A DNA stretch of 64,000 nucleotides from a virus. Each line of letters opens with the position of its first letter. Position 1 is the first letter of the stretch. Below the pieces are notes generated by a model. It did not search any database. It was not told the DNA's origin and saw nothing but the letters and a program-made list of their open reading frames with translations. This document shows, in pieces, positions 25,901 to 35,125 of the stretch. Both the position numbers and the translations under genes were made by a program. The stretch spans positions 96,001 through 160,000 of the IMG/VR virus record IMGVR_UViG_3300032180_000001; one strand, written 5' to 3'.

Positions 25901-28351
25901 TCATGATACTCCGCTTAGGCTTCGTGCCGGGGAGGTGACAGTACTCGCGCCTGGCGCACCACCCGACACCGCCCCGTTCCGGCTCGACGCGGACTGGTTA
26001 ACCGCACTCTGCGCAGGTACCAGAGCCAGTATGCTGTCCTGGCTTACCATCGGCTGTCCGATCGACGTCGCCGTGCTGTGCCCCTTAATGGTGCTGATCT
26101 CTAGGGTTCCCGGACGCAGTACGACAGACAGTGCCTCGGCAGCCTGCGCATGTGCCGCCAGCAGTAGCGAAGCAGCGGTTATCCCTGTTCCTGTCGCTAC
26201 GCCGGCAGTTAGGGCAACCTCGGTTGAAGGTGACAGCACCGATCCGGTCCCGCTGGCAAGAGAAGGAGTCACCGCAGGAGCCGCAGGCAAGACGGTTCCG
26301 GTTCCAGTTGCAAGACCAGCAACGGTAACGAAGTCGGCCGAAGCGTCCGGAGCAGTACTCACCCCGTTGGCCACTCCGGCAGTGATAGCTGTCGCGATCC
26401 CCGCATCCAGAGCGAGTCCAGACCCGAGAGCCCCCGGATCACCGCAGAATCCCGCTTCAGATGCCAATGCAACCCCGATGCCGACAGCGAGTACGGCGTC
26501 AGTAGCGATCGCGGCAGCTACAGGCAATACGGTTCCGGTTCCTACAGCGACCCCGAGCGTGGTCTGACTATCAATCGCAGAAGCCGGGGTGGCACCTGTC
26601 CCGCTGGCAAGTCCCGCACCCGCCTGATTATCAGCATCCGACGCTAGGCTAGTTCCGCTTCCGGTTGCGGTATCAGCTACAAGCGCGAAAGAAACAACAG
26701 AAGCCTGACCCGTACCGGTAACAAGTCCAGCGGCAGTAAGCGCAGCAGTTACAGACGATACAGTCCCGATTCCGGTAGCGGTCCCCGCTGTAATCGCAAT
26801 CACGGCTGGAGTCGTAACAATACTTGTTCCTGGCGCAAAACCAGCATTCCCAACGTTATCGGCATCAGGTGCCTGGCTCGCACCCGTTCCAGTCGCGAAT
26901 CCAGGGGCTAGGCCAATTCCGGTAATACCAAGGCCGTAGAAACCTTCGCCGTAAGAACCTCCACCGTAAATGATCTCCGTCAGGGCGCTCGCAAGATCGG
27001 CAAAACCTTGACTGCCCGCACTAGCTGACGGGACACCCCCGGTTCCGCTGGCAGATCCCGCTGCAAGGCCGATTCCTGGTGCTTGCACAGTGACGAGGCC
27101 GTCAGCAAGCCCCGTGCCTGCAGCTACCGCGGATCCGGATGGCTGCGCAATGGCGAGACCGGTCGCAGATCCTGCCGCTAGGCTGATTCCCGGTGCTAGT
27201 GCTAGGCCCGTGCCCGATGCGAGTCCTACGAAGCCCTGATTATCGGCATCCGGTGCCTGCGCAGCTCCGGTTCCAATGGCAAGCCCCGCAGCTACGAATA
27301 CCGGAATCTGAGCTGTTGGTGCCTGTGCCGTACCGGTGGCGGATGCGAAGCCGGGGGTCAGTTCTGCTCCAGGGGCTCCTGCCGTGCCCGTGCCTGAAAC
27401 GAGTCCTGCGCCCCCCTGGTTGTCGGCATCAGAGGTCTGCGCTATTCCGGTTCCGGTGGCGAGACCTGGTGTCAGTCCGACCGCAAGCCCGTCAACAACG
27501 GGAGCCCCCGTACCGATCCAGGTTTGATCTGAAGCAGCAAGGTTATCCATCCAAAACGTGTTCGTGCTGTTCGATACGCTGGAGCCGATAAGGGCGAAGT
27601 TAAGTGCGGAAACGTTGTTGTTAGCTGCGTTGTTGACTGAATCCTGCAGAGTACCAGAAGCGTCGTAAAGTCGAGCGAAAGTCTGCGCATTTCCTGCCCC
27701 GGAAACAAACATGCCTTCAATTCGGTACCAGGTGTTCAGTGACATGGCGGTACCGGTACCGTTAACATTGCCGCCAGGTCCTATGGCAGAAATATGCCCG
27801 GTGCCTGTGATACCCAGCCCTAGTGCACCGGCTCCTGCACGGAATACGTACCCGATTGAATAGTTTGTCAGGTAGATATAAGCCCGCAGATAGAGGATAG
27901 CCGAGTTATACGGAAGCGGGTTCCAGCCGGTATAGCTGAGGCTCGCGGACGTGACAAACTTATAAGCCAGGGAGCCAGCGAAAACCTGAGAGTTGTCAAA
28001 GGTAATTGTTCCCACGCCACCTTGGGTAAGCGCATCACCTGACACTCCGCCGGAGTTCCCCGCTGTTACGGCCGTAGTGTTCGAGCCGCCTTCAGCTGTG
28101 TTTTTCAGCGCTAGAAAGCGAGCGCAGGCTACTCCGGTGCCTGTGGCGAGTCCGGCAGCCAGTCCTATTCCGGAAGACTGTACAGCACCGGTTCCGTGGG
28201 CGAGTCCTGCAGTGACGAATAGAGATGCCTCGCTATACAAAACAGGTGAGGCAACCGTCGTGCAGGCCGGCCATGGGAACTGCGGGACGACAATCTTACT
28301 AGTGCCGGGAACAAGTGCGACACCGCCGTCGAGCTGGATGACTACTGCCAT
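25901..28351 (-). CDS. Large Gly/Ala/Thr-repeat virion protein with a lectin-like globular domain
   Basis: GLATGTG and DADNQ repeats; shares a block of about 780 bp with 31650-35072. Confidence 0.75.
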   Translation of the reverse strand: MAVVIQLDGGVALVPGTSKIVVPQFPWPACTTVASPVLYSEASLFVTAGLAHGTGAVQSSGIGLAAGLATGTGVACARFLALKNTAEGGSNTTAVTAGNSGGVSGDALTQGGVGTITFDNSQVFAGSLAYKFVTSASLSYTGWNPLPYNSAILYLRAYIYLTNYSIGYVFRAGAGALGLGITGTGHISAIGPGGNVNGTGTAMSLNTWYRIEGMFVSGAGNAQTFARLYDASGTLQDSVNNAANNNVSALNFALIGSSVSNSTNTFWMDNLAASDQTWIGTGAPVVDGLAVGLTPGLATGTGIAQTSDADNQGGAGLVSGTGTAGAPGAELTPGFASATGTAQAPTAQIPVFVAAGLAIGTGAAQAPDADNQGFVGLASGTGLALAPGISLAAGSATGLAIAQPSGSAVAAGTGLADGLVTVQAPGIGLAAGSASGTGGVPSASAGSQGFADLASALTEIIYGGGSYGEGFYGLGITGIGLAPGFATGTGASQAPDADNVGNAGFAPGTSIVTTPAVIAITAGTATGIGTVSSVTAALTAAGLVTGTGQASVVSFALVADTATGSGTSLASDADNQAGAGLASGTGATPASAIDSQTTLGVAVGTGTVLPVAAAIATDAVLAVGIGVALASEAGFCGDPGALGSGLALDAGIATAITAGVANGVSTAPDASADFVTVAGLATGTGTVLPAAPAVTPSLASGTGSVLSPSTEVALTAGVATGTGITAASLLLAAHAQAAEALSVVLRPGTLEISTIKGHSTATSIGQPMVSQDSILALVPAQSAVNQSASSRNGAVSGGAPGASTVTSPARSLSGVS

Positions 28352-28391
28352 AACACTACCAGCATGTGATCACGCACTTATAATCACAACC

Positions 28392-28859
28392 CTACTTTCT
28401 AGGTGTACCGTTATAAACTCTCCCCTTATGCAAACCACATGTGCAGCCTGGAAGACAAGGTTGCTTCCTTGGAGCATTATGCTTTCCACAATCACAGCCA
28501 GGAAGACAAGGAGGGGACCCAGGAAGACCATGTTTTGCGCATTCGCAGCCCGGAAAACATGGTGGAGATGGTCTAAGATTTCCAACTGTTCCATCATAAA
28601 CTCCGTGACAGCTATAGCACAACGGCCTGTAGTGCCAAACATCTGAACCATCTAGTCCGTGAATTTGAGACCATTGCTTAGCAAAGTCGTTACAAAACGT
28701 GCATCCATAACCAGTAGCTTTGCCTCTTACTTTCTTAACAAGAGAATGGAGGTTAAAGTAGTCTAGTTCACCATCGTATGCCCTACCTTTGTGTCTACCG
28801 CACTCGCACCCTGGAAGGCATTTTTTACCGGGGTGATTACTTCGATTTCCTTTAGTCAT
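28392..28859 (-). CDS. HNH-like (His-Me finger) protein with CxPGCxCxxH repeats and its own leaderless promoter
   Basis: CTFC...AKQWS...YRPLCYSCHGVYD; TTGAAT-17-TATAAT (28894-28866) 6 nt before ATG 28859. Confidence 0.7.
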   Translation of the reverse strand: MTKGNRSNHPGKKCLPGCECGRHKGRAYDGELDYFNLHSLVKKVRGKATGYGCTFCNDFAKQWSQIHGLDGSDVWHYRPLCYSCHGVYDGTVGNLRPSPPCFPGCECAKHGLPGSPPCLPGCDCGKHNAPRKQPCLPGCTCGLHKGRVYNGTPRK

Positions 28860-28865
28860 AGTAGT

Positions 28866-28894
28866 ATTATACAACATTCCTTGAATAAATTCAA
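28866..28894 (-). promoter_or_regulatory. Near-consensus housekeeping-sigma promoter (leaderless)
   Basis: TTGAAT-N17-TATAAT-N6-ATG. Confidence 0.75.
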
Positions 28895-28907
28895 CCATTG
28901 AAATTCC

Positions 28908-29867
28908 TAACCAGCATGTTATACAGACGAGTCCATTACCACCGTTCCCGCCTGCACCGCCTGTAACTCCACCGCCTCCGCCTCCGCCGCCACAGCCGAT
29001 AGCACCATCGCCACCACGGCCACCGATACCAGCGCTAGCCGATCCGCCACCCGTTCCCCCGAAGAATACCCAGGTTAGATTGGTATAACTAGCTCCGGAC
29101 ACTCCGGCACCTCCCCCGCCTGCGACCCCGGTACCCCCAGGAAAATTAGCCGGAAAAAAATTAGGCCCTACACCTGAATATGTATTCGAATACGGTGTTA
29201 TACTACCGCCATTTGTATCGCCATTTGCAGCTGATGCGCCCCCTCCGCCGCTGCCTCCGGTTGTCATTATTCCGCCTGCAGCAAGAGTCACACCTGTAGC
29301 ATTTCCTGTTCCATTCCCGCCAGCGGAGGCGGAGGCGATAATGGAACTAGCTGATACCATCCCGACCATACCATAACCAGCATAAGACTGACTTCCATTT
29401 TCACTAGCCCCAGCTGCACCGCCCACACTAGCTGTCCCGGCTGATCCGAAAGCTGCCGACTGGTTTGAATTAGTTACAGCAAGAGCAGGGGCCTGACCGC
29501 CTATATTACTGCCGCGCATGATGTCACCAAATAGTCCTACGGCAGTAACATCGCCCGAAGAGCCGTTTGAACCAGCCGCACCGCCCGCACCGCCAGTCCC
29601 TGCATAAACATATAGAGAGGCAGGCAAGAGAAATGCCGGGACCAGGTACCGTACAGATGCCCCGGCGCCGCCACCGCCTCCGCCGCCACGTAGTGTAGAA
29701 GTGGCTCCAGAATAGCCTCCTCCGCCACCAGCCCCGGGTCCGATCAGCATCATCCAGACCATGGTAATCCCTTTTGGTTTTGTCCATATCTGACAGGAGT
29801 TTAGACCGATATTGTAAAACACCTGCTGCCGGTCACCTGTATCTGGCCAGCCAAAAAAATCAGGCAT
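28908..29867 (-). CDS. Glycine-rich virion protein; stop lost, so it reads through a TTA into the HNH ORF
   Basis: WTKPKGITMVWMMLIGPGAGGGGG...GGNGGNGLVCITCW, then TTA GGA instead of a stop. Confidence 0.75.
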
Positions 29868-29868
29868 G

Positions 29869-30309
29869 TCAGTAATCACCGCCGACGACTGATACCCGCA
29901 CTCCGGCTGCTACAGCAGTTCCTAGCGTACAGTTAATGACATATCCAGCGGGGATGGCAAAATTAAAGGCGATCTCGCTTGTCTGAAGAGCTGCTGCCGC
30001 ATTCGCGGTAGATGCAGGAATAGTCAGCTCTGAGATCAAGACGTTGTTCGCTTGCGTCGCGTTAGTAGACCCATTATTAAGAAAAACACGGAGAACAGTA
30101 GTAACATTCGTACCGACCGGACGGCAGACTAGCTTCTGAATGTACGAGCCATTCGCCCCGGCGGTGAAGACCGAAGTTACATAACCTGTACCATCCATCG
30201 CTGTGTTAGCAGACAGTATCGGTCCTGCGGTTGCCGCCGCATTGTCGTCGACTGAACCCCAGCTGATATGCGGCGTGAGGGTAAACAGGGGGGCGGTGTT
30301 AGCAGGCAT
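29869..30309 (-). CDS. Putative virion structural protein
   Basis: MPANTAPLFTLTP...; beta-rich; ends in GGDY. Confidence 0.65.
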   Translation of the reverse strand: MPANTAPLFTLTPHISWGSVDDNAAATAGPILSANTAMDGTGYVTSVFTAGANGSYIQKLVCRPVGTNVTTVLRVFLNNGSTNATQANNVLISELTIPASTANAAAALQTSEIAFNFAIPAGYVINCTLGTAVAAGVRVSVVGGDY

Positions 30310-30317
30310 CTCGGCTC

Positions 30318-30530
30318 CTACTCGTGATCCCGGTCGTCACCCTGGGCGGTAACGCCTGGCTGGCTGCTCGCTGGGTAGACGCGGGTTAGCTCGGAGCCGT
30401 CCGGGTAGACGCGAGCCGAGTCGGGGTTGCCGTCAGCGGCGAAGTACGAGCCGGTGACCGTCAGGTCGGTGAGGTTCAGGGCGGCAGCAACCGCAGACGC
30501 GAGTCCCGAGGGGAGACTGAGGTTTGCCAT
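30318..30530 (-). CDS. 70-aa protein consisting largely of the shared C-terminal 'SARVY..PGVTAxGDDRDH' tag
   Basis: RBS aggag, leader hairpin upstream; tail matches that of 52233-53150. Confidence 0.65.
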   Translation of the reverse strand: MANLSLPSGLASAVAAALNLTDLTVTGSYFAADGNPDSARVYPDGSELTRVYPASSQPGVTAQGDDRDHE

Positions 30531-30554
30531 GTCGTCTCCTGCAGGTCGAGGGAA

Positions 30555-30584
30555 CCTGGCTCCAGGATGGCGCTGGCCGCAGAT
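30555..30584 (-). promoter_or_regulatory. Conserved late-leader hairpin copy
   Basis: CUG-CGG-CC-loop-GG-AGC-CAG downstream of TACGAT. Confidence 0.7.
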
Positions 30585-30660
30585 GGCACTTCTCGTCCAT
30601 CGTACCGTCAACCGGCCCGATCGTACCTCCGCGCTCCCGAAGACTTGCCGAGCTGCACCG

Positions 30661-31128
30661 CTATGCCGCCATCTGAATCGTAAGAATCCCGAGCACATTC
30701 CATGAAATGGCGAATGTTCCGGCTACCGTCGAATACCCGGTGCCGCCGAAATAAATGCCGCAGATTTTAGCCTTCGGACTAAGACCATTAGCATATATAT
30801 AGCAGCCATAGGCAGGGGCGGTTGTAGTGGTGCTCCCGACGCTAACATTATTCATTGACCACATAAGTGTTTTACTTGGTGATTGCGTCAGGGTCGGGGC
30901 ATAGGAACCAGTGCTCAGGTTGATGCCGCCCGTCGGCCAATTCGAACCCGCAGTCACCTCATTCCCATTAGTCCAGGTAGACGGATCAGTAGCTGAAATA
31001 TAGTCAGGTGTCTCCGAGTTTGTAGATAGCGACAAATTATTGTTTGTATCGAGAAGACTCATCGCGATGACTTGCTTAAGGGTATCTCTAAAAGTGGCGT
31101 AAAAGATACCACTCTCCGTCCAGGCCAT
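30661..31128 (-). CDS. Virion structural protein, intein-free paralog of 36967-37917
   Basis: MAWTESGIF...NEVTAGSNWPTGGINL...YGCYIY...FGGTGYSTVAGTFAISW. Confidence 0.7.
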   Translation of the reverse strand: MAWTESGIFYATFRDTLKQVIAMSLLDTNNNLSLSTNSETPDYISATDPSTWTNGNEVTAGSNWPTGGINLSTGSYAPTLTQSPSKTLMWSMNNVSVGSTTTTAPAYGCYIYANGLSPKAKICGIYFGGTGYSTVAGTFAISWNVLGILTIQMAA

Positions 31129-31129
31129 A

Positions 31130-31384
31130 TCACCCTCCGTTACTCGGTAGCACGCCCGCTGCCACGCCCTGCGCGGCCCGGACCGGTGCCAGCTCGTCAG
31201 CGAGAGCCTGCGCAGCGGTGTGATCTCCGTCTGCCATCGCCTCCGCGTACAGAGCGACCAGCTCATTCAGCGGACGGGATGCGCCCAGGTGCCCGACTGC
31301 GGCCTTGCGCAGCACGGCAGGGTCAGCGTCTGGCTGATGCTCGCGCAGCGCCTTATCAAAAATCGCCTGGCTCTGCCAGCTCAT
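31130..31384 (-). CDS. Hypothetical protein
   Basis: 84 aa, coupled to both neighbours. Confidence 0.55.
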   Translation of the reverse strand: MSWQSQAIFDKALREHQPDADPAVLRKAAVGHLGASRPLNELVALYAEAMADGDHTAAQALADELAPVRAAQGVAAGVLPSNGG

Positions 31385-31626
31385 ATCAGCCCCGTCTTCG
31401 TCTCGATAGTCTGGGGATGGATGTTCACATCTTGCCGACAGGAAACTCCTGAGCCGGGATTACTATGTTCGGTTACCATGTTTCCAAGCGTGTCAGTAGT
31501 TTCCTTGAAAGGCAGGTGCGACTCGGGGTGCTCACGGCCTGATTTTTCTGTTACCCGTGTTCGTCCATGGGACAGATGACCGATTGACTTCATCCGGTCC
31601 AGCTGCTTACGCCACTCATCCGTCAT
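31381..31626 (-). CDS. Hypothetical protein
   Basis: RBS ggagagg; ATGA overlap downstream. Confidence 0.55.
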   Translation of the reverse strand: MTDEWRKQLDRMKSIGHLSHGRTRVTEKSGREHPESHLPFKETTDTLGNMVTEHSNPGSGVSCRQDVNIHPQTIETKTGLI

Positions 31627-31649
31627 CGCGATGTCCTCTCCAACTGCTC

Positions 31650-34600
31650 TCAGGGTACCGTCCACACAGCGTTAGAATTATCCGGTACGCCAATTACGCC
31701 AGGTGCGTTCGTCCAGGCTCCCTCCCCCGCAGTCACCGGCAGGTCTTCAGCCGTGGCCCAGCTGAGCGATGTCACGTCGGTGATGACTGGGAACGCCGGC
31801 ACGACGGCAAGAGTAGCCGGGTGCACGGTGGCGTTCGCATCGGCCACGACCGCCGGTACCGGGATCACCGCAGAGACGCTCAGCGCACTCGCGAAGATAT
31901 GCGCGGCCTCGAACCCGGCAGTAGCGGCCGGTAGCGCTGAGGCAACGGCAAGCGTACTCGGAGCGACCGACGCGTTCACGATCCCGCTAGCCGATGGTGC
32001 CTGAATTGCGGTGAGCACGTTGAACGTCTCCGGGAAAACAATCGCGCTGTGGCCTGGCAGCCAGACGACAGACAGGCTTACAGCGTCAACGTTCACCGTT
32101 GCGCCGTGATTGCCCAGAAGAGTGCCGGCGATCACCCGCAGCCGGAGCGTGGCAAGCTGGCTGTAGGCTACCCCACTGAATTCAACGACATCGGCGTGGC
32201 CGGGAACGGTAGACACGGTGCCCATCTGGGGAGAGCCGATCCGTGCAGAGGTTCCGTCCCACAGTTCGTACGAGGGCGCAACGATACTCGCGTTGGAACC
32301 GTATTGCACGATAGTGGCGATTACGGACTGGATGAGAGAACCGGCCGGTACCTGCGGGAATGAGCTGAACCCGTAGCCTTCTAGCGCTGGAGACATAGTC
32401 GCCACGCTTGGCGGCAGTGCCGTGCCCGCTCCGGCGACGGATCCCGCGATTACCCTGCTCGCGGGCGCGGGAGCCTGTGCAGCAGCAATGCCCGAAACCA
32501 ATCCAGGAGCCAATCCCATCCCGGTAATTCCGAGACCGTAGAAACCTCCTCCGTAAGAACCTCCGCCATAGGTAATTTCCGTCAAAGCGCTTGCAAGCCC
32601 GGTACTAGCGGCCTGGTTATCAGCATCGGGCGCCTGGCTTACGCCCGTCCCGGTAACAAGACCGACGGTAAGCCCGATACCGATAAGACTGAAACCATAC
32701 ACTCCCGCGCCGTACACGCCACCGCTGTACACAGGTCCTGTCAACCCAGCGGCGAATCCGGCAGCGACCTGATTATCAGCATCTGGCGACAGAACCGTAC
32801 CCGTACCGCCCGCAGTCCCTGAGCTAATCCCTCGACCGACTACCTGCGCCGTGCCCGTGCCTGAAACGAGTCCTGCGCCCCCCTGGTTATCGGCATCCGG
32901 TGCCTGCGCAGCTCCGGTTCCGGTGGCAAGACCTGGTGTCAGTCCGACCGCGAGCCCGGCAACGAGAGGAGCCCCTGTACCGATCCAGGCCTGATCAGAG
33001 GCGGCCAGGTTATCCAGCCAGAGCGTGGTCGTGCTGTTCGAGATGCTGGAACCAATAAGAGCGAAGCCAAATGTTGAAACATTATTGTTAGCCGCGTTGT
33101 TTACCGAGTCCAGCAAGGTGCCAGAGGTATCGTACATGCGGACAAATGCCTGCGCATTACCAGCTCCGGCTACGAACATACCTTCAATTCGGTACCAGGT
33201 ATTCAAAGAGGCCGCCGTACCGGTACCAGTAACGTTACCGCCAGGGCCTGCTGCGAGCAAATGCCCCGAGCTATTAATGAGCAACCCCAGTGCCCCGGTT
33301 CCAGCCCGGAATATATACCCGACAGAGTAGTTCGTCAGGTAAATATACGCCCGCATGTAAAGAATCGCCGGGTTGTATGGACATGGGTTCCAGCCGGTAT
33401 AGCTGAGGCTCGCAGCAGTGACGAACTTATAAGCCAGAGAGCCGGCGAAAACCTGAGAGTTGTCAAAGGTAACTGTTCCCACGCCACCTTGGGTAAGCGC
33501 ATCACCTGACACTCCGCCGGAGTTCCCTGCTGTTACGGCAGTTGTGTTCGAGCCGCCCTCGGCCGTGTTTTTCAGCGCCAGGAAGCGAGCGCAGGCGATT
33601 CCGGTACCTGTGGCGAGTCCGGCGGTGATCTGAACGTTCGAAGAAGGTGACTGCGATACCCCTGTTCCGGTAGTCAGTCCCGGTGTCAGCTCCGTACTCG
33701 GTACCTGAGCGGTTCCGGTGCCTGTCGCGAGTCCCGGAGTTAGCTCGATGCCCGATGCCGAAACGGATCCAGTACCTGTTGCCAAACCGGGCGTCAGCTC
33801 GATGCCCTGTCCTGGCGGGGTAAGGACAGAAGCGTCGTCAATATACAGCTGGATGGTCGAGTCTGGCGTCCCGTTAAATCCTACGCTGGCATGAACCTTG
33901 TAAGTGCCTGCGGGTATAGTAAACGCGCCTGACGTGTAGAATCCAGCCGTCGCGGCGGGAAGGTTAAAAGAGGCAGGATAGTATCCGCCCAGGTAGTTGC
34001 TCCCGGAATAATCAAAGTAGTCCATGGTAAATCGGGTAAGAGAGTAACCTTGCGGGCTGTAAAGATAAGCCTGAACCTGAAGAACCTGACCAGGGACAAC
34101 GTTTATTGTCTCAATGGTGACGATGCCTGACGATACCCCAGTTGTTGTCATCAACCAGGACTGGGTGCCGTCGTTCGACCACCCAGAAGAAAGCGCTCCG
34201 GTCACGCCAGTTTGGAATACATTCCACAGCCCGGTACTGCCCTCGAAATTGTCGAAGGTGATGACCGTGGTTCCGGTGCCGGTAGCGAAAGAGGTTGCCT
34301 GTGGTGGTGTCAGCCCAATGCTCGTTGCCCGAGCTGTACCTGTACCGGTGGCTAGCCCCGCGGTCACCGTGAAAGTTTCCTTTGCCAGCAAAAGATAAGA
34401 GTTGCTGGAAACGGCTTCGTTGAACGTCTGACCACCGGGCGTGACCGTTCCCGTAGACGACAAGGTCTCCGTGTAAGCTGACACCGAGTTCGCGAAGGCC
34501 CCGCCCGCCCCCGCATATCCGCCCAGGGCGACAACTGAGAAACCACTGGACGGCGTGGTCATCGAGATAGCGGAAGAACCGCTTGTCTGGTAGCGCGCCG

Positions 34601-35072
34601 CGTTGAGAATGATCGCCATATCGGCTGCATACGTAGCAACAGCGGTATTAGGCGTATTCACCGTGCCTGGCGATGTGATGACATGGACGCTGCTCTCAGC
34701 ATCAAAAACAGCAGTAGCCGGAGCGTTCGCAGCCGTAGAGCGCAAGGCGAGCATCATATAGGCATAGGCAGCGCTGGTACCCCAGCTAAAGGTCGGAGCG
34801 GTATCTCCGGTAGCGTATGTTTTATACGCAAGCATGGACGTAAACGGGGCGTTCGTCGCAGCATTGCTGTCGCTGCTCGTGATCGTCCAGGTACCTGTGC
34901 CTGCACTCTGGGTGAAGGTCAGGCCGGAGGCAGTGACCAGGAAGATGACGAGAACGAGGTCGCCGTTGCTGGCTCCAGCTGTCGTCCAGCCCGTATACTG
35001 GGTTGCCTGCGAGGTGACACCGGCCGTTCCGCTGTTACTCGGCGCTAGGTACCCGCGTAGTGCTACGGCCAC
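31650..35072 (-). CDS. Large multi-domain virion adhesin/decoration protein (1140 aa; carbohydrate-binding-like domains plus GLATGTG/DADNQ repeats)
   Basis: Long ORF, Ser/Thr/Gly-rich; CBM-like segment (ETINVVPGQVLQVQAYLYSP); block shared with 25901-28351. Confidence 0.8.
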   Translation of the reverse strand: MAVALRGYLAPSNSGTAGVTSQATQYTGWTTAGASNGDLVLVIFLVTASGLTFTQSAGTGTWTITSSDSNAATNAPFTSMLAYKTYATGDTAPTFSWGTSAAYAYMMLALRSTAANAPATAVFDAESSVHVITSPGTVNTPNTAVATYAADMAIILNAARYQTSGSSAISMTTPSSGFSVVALGGYAGAGGAFANSVSAYTETLSSTGTVTPGGQTFNEAVSSNSYLLLAKETFTVTAGLATGTGTARATSIGLTPPQATSFATGTGTTVITFDNFEGSTGLWNVFQTGVTGALSSGWSNDGTQSWLMTTTGVSSGIVTIETINVVPGQVLQVQAYLYSPQGYSLTRFTMDYFDYSGSNYLGGYYPASFNLPAATAGFYTSGAFTIPAGTYKVHASVGFNGTPDSTIQLYIDDASVLTPPGQGIELTPGLATGTGSVSASGIELTPGLATGTGTAQVPSTELTPGLTTGTGVSQSPSSNVQITAGLATGTGIACARFLALKNTAEGGSNTTAVTAGNSGGVSGDALTQGGVGTVTFDNSQVFAGSLAYKFVTAASLSYTGWNPCPYNPAILYMRAYIYLTNYSVGYIFRAGTGALGLLINSSGHLLAAGPGGNVTGTGTAASLNTWYRIEGMFVAGAGNAQAFVRMYDTSGTLLDSVNNAANNNVSTFGFALIGSSISNSTTTLWLDNLAASDQAWIGTGAPLVAGLAVGLTPGLATGTGAAQAPDADNQGGAGLVSGTGTAQVVGRGISSGTAGGTGTVLSPDADNQVAAGFAAGLTGPVYSGGVYGAGVYGFSLIGIGLTVGLVTGTGVSQAPDADNQAASTGLASALTEITYGGGSYGGGFYGLGITGMGLAPGLVSGIAAAQAPAPASRVIAGSVAGAGTALPPSVATMSPALEGYGFSSFPQVPAGSLIQSVIATIVQYGSNASIVAPSYELWDGTSARIGSPQMGTVSTVPGHADVVEFSGVAYSQLATLRLRVIAGTLLGNHGATVNVDAVSLSVVWLPGHSAIVFPETFNVLTAIQAPSASGIVNASVAPSTLAVASALPAATAGFEAAHIFASALSVSAVIPVPAVVADANATVHPATLAVVPAFPVITDVTSLSWATAEDLPVTAGEGAWTNAPGVIGVPDNSNAVWTVP

Positions 35073-35125
35073 GGCTGGTCACCTCCTCGGTGCGCTGCTA
35101 CCGTCTATTATGCGGCTTGACGCTT

